From Nageia nagi (Eukaryota; Plantae; Pinophyta), in assembly GCA_050084985.1 (NCBI GenBank), contig JBITNC010000001.1:144584001-144648000 (forward strand): 64,000 nucleotides of DNA, given 5' to 3'. The notes beneath the pieces were generated by a model. That model was given only the letters and a program-made list of their open reading frames with translations, did not search any database and had not been told where the DNA came from. Positions 50,444 through 61,613 of this stretch are shown one piece after another (positions within the stretch are counted from its first letter, which is position 1; each line of letters opens with the position of its first letter). Position numbers and translations under genes: made by a program.

Positions 50444-52106
50444 CTTTCAATGTATCCATTTTGTGCATATCCTTCGAGCATTGCAGTCCATAGACTACAT
50501 CTTAACGAGGCATTTTGTGTTCCTCCACATTTTTAAAATTGTTTTTATATATAAATATATATATAAAGTTACAAATAAAAAAAATTGAAATTTCTCCCTC
50601 TCACAAAAGAAATTACCCATTTTTATTAAAAAAAGGTTAAAAAAAAAATTATCTTCTCCATAAGATAGGAAAAAAAAATTCCTAAACTTAATTTTTGTAT
50701 ACTATCCTCTTAAATAATGAGCAAATAAGCAATTTGCAAAAAAAAGCTATTCACAAAAGAGGTTAGTATCAAAAATTGTTAATCATATTTAGCTCAACAA
50801 TAGTCAACATATAGCACACAATATGTTAGTAGTAAAATACAATTATTCAATAATTAACCAAGAAGGTAAAAAATGTATACCTTCTATTATGTTTTACCTC
50901 AACAATGTAAGAAGATGAGAAATGGAGACCTCCAAATTGAAGAAGTTTCAAAGAATGTTGAAGGAGCTTCCACACCAAGCTCTGATACCAATTGATGGAA
51001 TTAGTTCTACACTAATCCTCAAGGTCCAAGACTATAGGAAACTTTAATCATTCAACATCTACAAGCTAATAACACCATTCACACAAGATAACACCAATAT
51101 AAGTGGTTCCTCCCTCCTTGGGAGTACATCCACAACTAGATCTCAATTCTCAAACTATGCACCCTCTTACTACAATTCCTTTCTCTCCTACACAAATTAG
51201 TAGAGTAATCTTACTCAAAATCTAAGTTATATTACAAGAGGAGAGGCCCTCTATTTATAGCATGAGAGCACCTCCCTAACCTCCCTTTAACCCAAGGGTA
51301 AGGTTAGGGTTACAATAAATATATTACCTAACTTTAACCTACCAACTAACCACTTGGTAAGGTCAAAGTTTACATAATAAAGAATTCAATTAATCCCTTA
51401 AGGTATCTAAATATCCTTTAAGTGATTAATTGAATTTACAAGGAGTTTAGATATTCACAATATTTCATTACAAATTCTAACAAAAATAGTACATAATAGC
51501 TTAAAATTGAAAAAAAAATATACATATTTTTATGTGATTTACCTCACAAGACCTCTATGGAGTGGCTTTGATACCACATGAATGAGTTAAAGGATTCTTT
51601 AAAGTCCACCCAAGATCACCTTGGATGTAATCTTCCTAATCTTAAGAACACATAGAACATTCACACAAAGAGAACTCAAACATGTATAGTGGTTCCTCCA
51701 TTATGAGAGTACATCCACTTGAACCATATTTTCTATTATTTCTCATAAGTGAACTCTCCTACAAATTCTTAAGAATTCTTCTACAAGAATTCTCCTATAA
51801 AATTCCTACAACTCTACAAGACTAGCATTTTCATGCTTCTCCAAGTGTGTAGTCTCAAGGAGAGGGCCCTATATTTATAGGCCAAAATCTTCCCTTGGAT
51901 CACCCTATTAACCATTGTACAAAGTCATGACATGCATCACCTTTTTACCCAAGGGGCATGCTCATGAGATGGAGTGTAGGACAAATTACATGTGGGACAA
52001 GTTACATTATCATATTCACTAGATACTTAAGGTATTTAGGGATACCCTTAAGTATTAAGTGAATTACATTAGAAGACCTTATAATAATGCATTATAAATT
52101 CTAACA

Positions 52107-53200
52107 GCATACTCTTACTAATTTTAGCTACTTTCCTTTGTAATTCATCTCTCATTCAATTGATGACCTTGACAGGCTGTAGTTTGATGATTCCTTAGAG
52201 TCCTCCTTGGTCACTACCTTTCCTTTACATCCAAAGCTTTGACAACTTGCTTCTACATCCTTGTTTCTCCATCTCTTGTATTTTTCATTCCCAATTGGGG
52301 TGTCAAATTCCTCAAAAAACTTATCCACCTCCTCCTTCGATAATAAATTTTCTGAGTCACCCACCCACCCTTGCTTCTTCACCACATGCTTGACCATAAA
52401 AAAAACATACCCTGATGTAGAGTGAATTTCATTCTTCCTTTCTAAAAATCCTCGGTTGATTTCTCCAAAAAAAGGGGGATATTCACTCATTTTTTTCACT
52501 GAATGTGATTCAAGATAGCTAGATGGTAACCCTGCACCCAAGTCATTTAAGAGCCTAGAGTGATGTATCCCATCATAGTCTTGATAACCTTTGGTCATGG
52601 TTGGGAAATACCTTCACGTAGAATGAACTTCCCATCCTACACTATCTTCTTGCCCTTCACAAAAAAATCTAGCTTAATAAGTTATGGATGTTTATCCCTC
52701 TAGATTTTCAAACCATCATTTGGGAGGCTTGTTATCTTAGCTAACAACTCCATGGTGATTTTGAAGGAGAAGTTTCCAACTAAAACACACCCTTCCACCC
52801 AACTACTTACCATTTGGTGTGTCACATTCACATCAAATCCTTCGAAGAGCTCTAAGAATCCCATATACCCAGCACTGGCTAACACTACCTTAAAATCATC
52901 ACTCACTAATAGTTTGGTCAACTCTGATCTCAAATTCTTATGCCCACTCTCCAGGCCATTAGCCCTTCCTTCTTCCATGAGAACAATAGCTTGTTGCATA
53001 AGATCTCCTCTTCTACTCCACTCAATTGGTGACGAAAATAATCTTGCAGGTTCTCCTAAATCATGGAGCAATTCCTCCAACTACCTTATAAATCAATCCA
53101 TATCTATGCATGCATCATTACCTGCATCTCCATCTAGATCCTCTGGGACTCATTTCATGTGATCCAACACTTGACAAGACTTCCCAAGCCTTCGATTGAT
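52107..53200 (-). mobile_element. Decayed second copy of the LINE ORF3-like sequence; probably continues at about 38560-38715 beyond the GCATA TSD
   Basis: LLVSDDFKVVLASAGYMGFLELFEGFD...QMVSSWVEGCV..GNFSFKI...; shifted frame P*PKVIKTMMGYITL...YHLAILNH...VNIPLFL...LHQGM. Aligns with 3662-4822. Confidence 0.6.
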
Positions 53201-53521
53201 TTCAAAGCTCCAAATGGACTCAACTCCTCCCTCGTGTTGATCTCAGTCCACCTTATCACTAACACATCCATAACACTCACAGTAGCATGTCCCAAGATCT
53301 ATAAGTCTTTTGGACATTCAAATTTCATAGGATTTATAAATTATCACATAGAAAATACAAAGTTCTAATCATGTAATTGCTAGAAGAAATTTATATCCAC
53401 AAAAAATGTGTTATGTTAAAATTGATTAATGAGAAAAACCTAGCTACTTAACATGATATAATATGATAATAAAATATGTGAAGATTATAAGTGTATGTAC
53501 ACGCCCCCTCTCCACCCACCC

Positions 53522-53524
<3 letters not shown>

Positions 53525-53613
<89 letters not shown>
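53525..53613. repeat. (AG)n microsatellite, about 44 units
   Basis: Perfect AG run. Confidence 0.99.
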
Positions 53614-53616
<3 letters not shown>

Positions 53617-54510
53617 GTGAATTATATACTAATTCTAGAAATGCTACATGAATTTTCAAGATAACAATTTCAAGAAAAAAGGCTTAGCTCTAAGCCTACT
53701 AAATATATACATGTTTTGATTTGTTTAATAATTTAGAATTATATAAAAAAATAAAAAAAAAAATCAATCTAAAAAACTTATAATAACAAGTATAAAATTC
53801 CAAATATATCTAATCATGTTAGGGGATTGAGATGAGTGAGTACTTGAAAACTCTCAAGTTGAAAAAGAAAAGTCCCAAATTTAAAATTCTCCCCCTCCAC
53901 CATGCCCCCCGCCCCCCATGGCCCCCACCCTGCCCACATGTATGTGAGTATGTTAAATATAGTTGATAGTTTCTAATTAGTGTGGATGTGATTGAGTGCA
54001 ACTCTTGAATGACTTTGACGACAAAGAACTCTATAAATAGAGACTCTAAATCCAAAATTTTACTCATCTCTTTTTAAAAAAAAAAAAACTCCAAATACCA
54101 TTAACCAAATAAAGAAAAAACAAATAAAATAATAATATTAGTATTTTTAGATGTCTACAAACCTACTACTTCAATTACATAAGCAAACTATTCAAAAATG
54201 TTATAATTAAAATAAAAAAAAATCTCATATAGAACACACAAACCATACATAAGGAAAAGCAAATCTACAAAAAGATAATATAAACTTATAGACCAATAAT
54301 TATGAGGGGAGTTGATGAGAGAATGAGTTGTTAAAACTCTCAAGTGGCAAAAAAGAGACCAAACCCAATGTTCAAATCTCTTCCCTTCACATGCAAATAG
54401 TGCCCTTGATCCTTTTTGAAATAGTTTACCAACACCCAAAAAAAAAAAAAAAAAAACTTATATAGTGACAAACTACATATATGTCACCTTAACTAATTGA
54501 AAAGTCTGAG

Positions 54511-54608
54511 CTTATCTTCTACACTTTTTCTACTTAATTGTTGGATTCTCGGTGGATAAGATTTGGGTGATCCACACCCTTCGACGAGGATTGCATTCTG
54601 AAGGCCAC
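54511..54608 (+). promoter_or_regulatory. Candidate light-responsive elements upstream of psbR (I-box x2, SORLIP1)
   Basis: CTTATC 54511-54516, GGATAAG 54554-54560 and GCCAC 54604-54608, 110-205 bp upstream of the ATG. Short motifs, so only suggestive. Confidence 0.45.
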
Positions 54609-54715
54609 TAAGCTCCCACATCGCATCCAACAGAAAAAAATAAGTCCCCGAGCTCGAAAGCCTTCTGAACATTATTGAGAATTGCATATTGGACTCTGAT
54701 CTCCATCAGGAAGGC

Positions 54716-54943
54716 ATGGCTTCTTTCGCAATGGCTGTAGTTCCTTCATCAGGCTTGACCAAATCAGCACTTGCAGGAACTAGAGTTCATGGTCTTCCCT
54801 CTTTAAGCCCATCTAAGGCTACTACCCGCAGATCTCTCATTATGCATTCTCTCAAACGGAAGATCGTTACAGATCAACCATTAGGACCTTGTGGGGACTG
54901 CAGCTTCCCTGAAGGAAAAGATGCTTCTGGAAGAGTTGCCAAG
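54716..54943 (+). CDS. PSBR: Photosystem II 10 kDa protein PsbR, exon 1 (transit peptide and N-terminus)
   Basis: MASFAMAVV...VHGLPSL...RKIVTDQPLG...DASGRVAK|gtgtgt. Confidence 0.9.
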
Positions 54944-55215
54944 GTGTGTATCGTCTATCAATCTATATACCATATCAGGGAAGTGTAACTCTTATCTGAA
55001 ATCAACTGCAGATTCTATTCTCAAAAGTTTTGTAATAATGTATAAAGATTGTTGTATGATTTATTTGTACAACCAGAGTAAATTTACTATAAGGAACTGG
55101 CTTAATTTTCTAGAGCACCCTTAATCTCAACGTTCTAGTAGTAGGACTCCATTTGAGAATTGCAGTCTAATGTGATATAATTGATGGTGTGCTACTGTCA
55201 TAATTATTATCTCAG

Positions 55216-55324
55216 GGTAAGGGTGTATACCAATTCACAAACAAGTATGGTGCTAATGTTGATGGGTACAGTCCTATATATGACCCAAAGGACTGGTCTG
55301 CCTCTGGTGATGTCTATGCTGGAG
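55216..55324 (+). CDS. PSBR: PsbR exon 2
   Basis: ctcag|[36 protein letters not shown]|gtatgt, the PsbR signature. Confidence 0.95.
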
Positions 55325-55422
55325 GTATGTCCATAAGCATTATTAACCTCTTCATATTTTTTAAAACATCAAGGATTAGAACCAAGCCATTAAGCAATAC
55401 CTAATGTGGTAATATCATGCAG

Positions 55423-55517
55423 GGAAAACTGGTCTGTTGATATGGGCAATAACGTTGGCAGCACTTCTTGCAGTGGGTGCCTTCCTTGTATATAGCACGA
55501 GTGCCTTGTCTAGCTGA
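55423..55517 (+). CDS. PSBR: PsbR exon 3 (C-terminal TM helix)
   Basis: tgcag|[31 protein letters not shown]. The three exons total 432 nt = 143 aa plus stop. Confidence 0.95.
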
Positions 55518-56299
55518 ACAACATCATTTCTTCGTAATACTCTTTAAGTATTGTCATGAAATGATTTCAGGAAGGATGTAAACTTTGACTATACCGTTGC
55601 TCATTATGTGAAAGGCCTTATGCTATCCTATTTTGCATGGCTGTATTTTACTAATTGCAAATCTGTATAATTTTGTTTATTTGTGGAAGATGCTTACATT
55701 TATTGAAAGTGTTTATGTATTATAATATGTCTTTAATCTATTAAGCTTCGTTTACCGTTTCAGCTTATTCTGTTGATAATTAGTTTCAGAAGATTAAGCC
55801 GAAATTGTGTACTGAAGTGGCTAGGATGTGAAGTACTGTGTGTTATATTTCATTTCCATATTTGTATGGCTAGGATGTGAGTCGAGCAAGCAAGTAGTTA
55901 ACACTCTTTAAATTCACTTTTTTATCCACACCAAAAGAATTTCAATATTTTTAATTCTGAAAGCAAAGAATCTATTTGCAAGTATAGTATGTGTTTTTTT
56001 TTATCTATTGGTATAAACAGGGTTTTTGAAAGGGTTTGTAATTTTCAAGTTTAAATTGGCTTATTCAGTTTCAAATTTTAAATGTTTTTTTACTTAAATT
56101 TTGATTCTTAATTAGAATTGTAAATATCTTTGTTAAATTATAAATATTTTCAGGAATATACAGTTTGTGTTCATAAACGTTTCAAATTTCAATCAACTTC
56201 TGAGGTTAGATATTTAGTTATTAATTACTATCAATTGTAATATATTTAGGTGATTTACAATTGGGTGTATTCATCTCATATCCTTTTCTTTGATTATCC

Positions 56300-57760
56300 T
56301 CCAAATATTTTTAGTCGAGACCAAAAAAATGACCATTAGTAAATATAAAAGGGTTTTTTTTTGTAATAGGTTTGGCAACATCTTACCATTGTTTATCCAA
56401 TTTTAGAATATTCTTCCTGAAAGCTACTTGGTATCCCAAAAAAGCATTGGGCACCAATTTCTTACATATTTTAATATGATAGAAAACCCTCTTCCTTGTA
56501 GGAGTCTGCTACCAAAATTGTAGCATGTGGTTCAACAATCATCTATATTCATCTCATTTCTTTCTTGATTGAAGGAGAAACCCACTTCCAAAAGCATCTA
56601 GAGTTGATTGTTTTTCATTCGTGATCTCTTTCGCAATTCCCTTCTCTCTAATCTCTTCTTCATTCGGGTGTCCAACTTGTCTTTATCCTATGTCTATCTT
56701 CATTGATGCATTTTGTGTTATCCAACAATCACTTTTGAGGAATTGGGATTCTTTCACCATTGATTCATCATAGTTTGAATGACTTTTTGGGTCCAAATTT
56801 TATTGTGTAACTGATCTCTTTTTGCATTCTACTTGTTTCCACCCTTCATTCTATTATATTTTCCTTTCTTGCATTTGCATCTTCGAGTCATTTGTAAGTT
56901 CATCTTCTTTCCTAAGGGTCTCACTTTCTATATGTTGCTCCAAAGGGGCTGGTACATCATATTCTTTGGAAATTTGTTTAGCTACAATTACTACATCAAG
57001 GATATTATCTTACTTTTTCCTTTATCTAAAGTTACCACATCAAGGATATTATCTTACTTTTCTATAGTAATCCTCTTTCTATTATTGTTATCCTAAACAT
57101 TTGTTCTAGCCATGCCACCATTATTGGATATGATCTCTCATGCTTCCCAGTTTGGTTGTCTGTTGATCTCATTTAGATTCTATTCACTTTGTTGATATTT
57201 TAGTCTCCATTCATTCCGAGCTAAACATGAACTAATATTATGCCCCACTTGAGTGTAAATCGAGCATAAATAATTATTTTCTTTAAATTGTAGCTTTTGA
57301 ACCCATTCACCTAAATATGATTCAAGTGTTATTATATTTGGCAACCTAACCCTGAATTCAACCCAAGCGTAGAACCTTGCCACTATAAATCTTGTCCAAA
57401 CCTTCATGACTTCATCAACTGTGATGAATTTACTGAATGATCCTGCAATTCCTTCGAAAACTTTCCAATTCTAGAATTCAAAAGGTAGGTGTGGAAGGGT
57501 GACCCCAATTACAGCATTCATTATTTTATCCTTAGTCGGATTGAAACCTGATTTCCATTTCTTCAAGAACAATTCTCTCTTTCAAAAAAATCACAGTTGA
57601 CTTAGAATATAGTCACGATCTTCTATATTATTCAAGATGAACATGATATAAAAATTGGGCATTGAAATAACTTTCACATTACCTTTGATTTTATTTTTGA
57701 TACAAAAATTATTTTTAATTAAAAAAAGGTTTTTACAATAAAAAAGTAGTTGCGAGTGGT
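56300..57760 (-). mobile_element. LINE ORF1 remnant (DUF4283 plus decayed zinc knuckle)
   Basis: ELFLKKWKSGFNP...VTLPHLPFEF*...IAGSFSKFITVDEV...ARFYAWV...WVQKLQFKENNYLCSIYTQVGHNISSC. Confidence 0.75.
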
Positions 57761-58093
57761 AGTGTGCACACACTAGAAGTTTCTACCTAACCCTAACCAT
57801 AGGTTAGGAACCACATCATCAAACTAACCTAGGAGGGTTAAGAAAAAGAAAAAAGTAATACATTTAACATATAATTATCATGAATAAAAATAGACCAAAT
57901 ACTAATTTACACCTTAGCTTTTCCTATTTTCGAATCGATTCAATATTTAGGTGAGCTTCATAAAGACTACTAACAAGATTATGTTTTCCCCTTTCCATTG
58001 ATTGGATAATAATGGAGCTCAAAATTTTAAGACATATCAATTCCTCTCCTTTCTATGCCTTAGAGGGGGACTAGTATCAATTGTAGCCTTTTG

Positions 58094-61000
58094 TGTGATT
58101 TGTAATCATTGGATGCTTATAGCATACACAAATAATCAAATACAGATTCTAGACATGCATTTACTTAATTACATATTGTATGGCCAATTGATTATGAAAA
58201 TACATTAATAATAACCAGTTATCTCATACAATAAGAAAACTATGTTCCAACCAATATACAACCATATTACTAATTCTCTACTCTAAATAAAACAGTAAAA
58301 GAAATTCACACATACATAAAATTGAACACAAATATTTTACACTGGTTCACCCAATGTGGGTTAGTCCAGCATATCAGATCCTATTCTTGATTATTGCATG
58401 GGTCATAAGAGAAATACAATGATAACAATCATAAGAAGATCTATAAGTTTTCCTCAACATAATATCTTCACTAATGATGGACTATTCTCTTCTACAACCT
58501 CCCGGTAATCTCTCATGGTTTTCACAACTAAGAAGATGCACATATATCTTTCGTAAATAAATGAACAAACTTCTTTCCTATGTACAACAACTTTAAAATC
58601 CTAAGTCATAATTTTTTCAAGATAATATAACACTAGTTTGCCATACATATCATCCTTACTCTTGATATGATTTCCATATTCACATCAATCGATTCTATCT
58701 CAACATAAGAGATACAAGATTTTTCCAATACTAACTACATATCGTAACTCCCTCACAACATGCTCTCTTAACATAGAAATAAATAAAACCATATCATTAA
58801 GGAATTTATCAAAATTTTATCATGAAGAACTTTTGTCAAGAGTCTCCACTCCTAGAATCAATTCCCTCCATGATTTTGTACTACCTTAAATCAAGATTTA
58901 GACCTTCAAAGGAAGAAAACAAAAATACACACTACCAACAACAACCAAAATAATGTACATTAGTGCCTATAGAGTCTTTCTCCTCCACCAAACATATCAG
59001 TTTTCCATTAGCAACTCACTCAGCCAATGGTACTTCATATCTTCTCGGTAACTTCGAAAAACCTCCTAAACAAAAAATTAAAATAGAGATGAGAAGAGAT
59101 TCTCATGAATCCATGTACAACTAAACCAAACTAACTCCCTTTATGGCAGCAAAAATCCTTCCATGAAGTGCATCACCTCCTAACTCTTATTCCTTTGATC
59201 AAAATATCATAGAGACCCAAAGATCTAGGTCTAATGATCCAAGAATCCCCAAAGATTCGAACAAAAAACTCCCCAAACCTCAAATATCCTTTCAACAAAG
59301 CTCACCATAAGCTTTATATTCAAATCCATTGCCTCAACAGTGTATAACATTAGACATCATATCATGAAGATGATTATGTCAACATAAGAGATGTTGTACT
59401 CCAACAAAGCCTCAACAGTGTATATAACATTGTAAAGATAACATCAGCACAAGAGATGTCACACTTTGGAAAAGCCTCAACACTAGATGTCGCACCATGA
59501 AGATGATGATATTATCATAAGAGATATCGCACTCCAACAAAGTCTCAATAGTGGATGTCATGTTGTGAAGATGATGATATCAGCATAAGATACGTACTTT
59601 AGTAATGCATTTCCTAGGCTACGGTAAATGTTGATGTCAATGAGAAAGTCCTAAATCATGATAAAGAGCATAACATACCTTGTAACACATGATAACTTGT
59701 ATTCATGCTCGAAATGTATTCGATAACTCATGGCAAAGCTAGAAAATATCAAATAACACTAGATAAACATCAAATAAGATTAAATTCCATCATGACAATC
59801 TCTAATAAAATCCATACTCATAATTTGATCTTTAGATCACACCTCCCTAATGGGTAGGCATTTGGTCCCACAAATGCTTAATTTCTAATCATATGAGAAA
59901 ATAATTCCTTATCTTGTCTTTATCATACACATAACACATCCAGATCATATACATACATAATATAGGCATATAATATCTAGATGATATATGTATAAGAACC
60001 ACCTTCAACATTAAAACGTCTATTCTCCAAGCCAAATGACATTAACACCAAACTCTCTCAAACTCGATAAATATCTTAACACTACATACCGACACTCTAG
60101 GTCAAATATCATCAACATCTGATTCTCTCGAACTTGATAAGTGTAAGACAACAATTTTACATAAATAATTGAAAAATACATGAAAATACAATCAATGCAT
60201 TTTAAACTATAAAGGATTTATCTAAAGAGTTTTATCTCATAACCCATTTTAGATCACACCTTCCTAATGCTAAGGCTTTTAGTCCAACAAAGGATAGGAA
60301 TAATTTTGAGAAAACTCTATCAGGACTCAATTGAGATTTTGCATTTTTCTTTAGATATATTTTCTTCATGACTTCACTATATTCATGGATCCCAGAACAT
60401 AAGACTACATTCATCATAAGCTCAATAAACCAACCATCAGTCCTTAGTCCTCCTCAACTTGCCCATACAAGCTGAAATTCCCAAGTTCCTCTCATAACTA
60501 GTTTACTAAGAAAACCAACTTATCACTCCTCTCCAACGTTAATATAATTAGAAAAGCCTCCAAGAGCTTGGCCAAAATTCGCAAATTCTAAAACTATGTG
60601 CCAACTAGAAAAGGAAATGTCCCGAAGTAGTAACAATAAATTCTAAGACCCAATTTCAAACTTTGCTCTGATACCATGTTATTTGTAATAATCAAACGCT
60701 TATAGTATATGCAAATCCTCAAATATAGATTCTAGATATGTATTTTACTTAATTACTTACTGTATGAACAACTGATTATGAAAATGCACTAAAAACAACC
60801 AATAATCTCATACAATAAGAAAACTATATTCCAACCAACATGCGATAATATTACTAATTCTCAAATCTGAATAAAATAGTAAAATAAATGTGCACACACA
60901 TAAATTGGAATACAAATATTTTACCCCAATTCAAGATAACATAACACTAGTCTACCATGCCTAACATCCTGACTTTTGATATGATTGCCACATTCATACC

Positions 61001-61613
61001 AAGCAATTCTATACCAACATAAGAGACACAAAACATTTCCAATACTAAGTACATACTAGAACTCCCTCACAACAAGCTCTCTTAATATGGAAATGAATAA
61101 AACCATATCATTAAGGAATTCAAAAAACTTTGAACATGAATACCTCTGGTCAAGAGTCTTCATTACTAGAATAAATTCCCTTCATGATTTTTTACTACCT
61201 TACATCAAGCTTCAAACCTTCAAAGGAAGTAAATAAAAATACACACTACTCATAACAACCACAACACTGTATATTAGTGGCTACAAAGTCTTTGTCCTCC
61301 ACCAAATGTATCAGTCTTCCATTAGCAGCTCACACTCGACCAATGGTACTACATATCTTCTTGGCAACTCTAGAAAACCTCCTAATTAAAAACTTAGAAT
61401 GAAGATGATAAGAGCCTCTCATGAATCCATGTACTACCAAACCAAATTAACTCCCTCTATAGAAGAAAGAATCCTTCCATGAAGTGCATCAACTCCCAAC
61501 TCTTATTTCTTTGATCAAAAGATCATAAAGATCCAAACATCTGGATCTAATGATCTAAGAATCCCTTAAGATTCGAACCAAAAAATTCCCAAACCTCAAA
61601 TATCCTTTCAACA
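58094..61613 (-). mobile_element. Non-coding LTR element with LTRs of about 1.2 and 0.94 kb and internal tandem repeats
   Basis: Direct repeats 58094-59297 and 60677-61613, both ending TATCCTTTCAACA; the second has an internal deletion. PBS TGGTATCAGAGC at 60665-60676 (minus). Repeats of about 65-78 bp at 59330-59590. TSD not evident. Confidence 0.8.

Larger units (their letters stand above)
42767..51482 (-). mobile_element. Young, nearly intact Ty1/Copia element (Copia-B) with a leader of about 3 kb
   Basis: LTRs 50993-51482 and 42767-43231. PBS TGGTATCAGAGC at 50979-50990 (minus). PPT AAGGGGGAG at 43232-43240. Probable TSD AAAAT. gag-pol at 47930-43987. Confidence 0.95.
38716..52106 (-). 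mobile_element. Non-autonomous, non-coding LTR element (LARD-like) with two nested insertions
   Basis: LTRs 38716-39256 and 51579-52106. TSD GCATA at 38711-38715 and 52107-52111. PBS TGGTATCAAAGC at 51565-51576 (minus). PPT at 39257-39265. No gag/pol seen in its own internal sequence. Confidence 0.9.

Noticed and set aside
52152-52598. 148-aa ORF as a real protein
   Set aside because: The conserved ORF3-like motifs (YITL, LNH, HQG) lie in a different, stop-containing frame, so this ORF is mostly off-frame.
53444-53659. ORFs with ER/LS dipeptide runs
   Set aside because: They are translations of the (AG)n microsatellite.
54689-54988. Track ORF taken as the PsbR N-terminus
   Set aside because: It starts at a TTG upstream of the true ATG (54716) and reads into intron 1 after 54943.
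59330-59590. CRISPR-like repeat-spacer array (also 40267-40428)
   Set aside because: The units are degenerate tandem copies without unique spacers, in a eukaryotic TE context with no cas genes.
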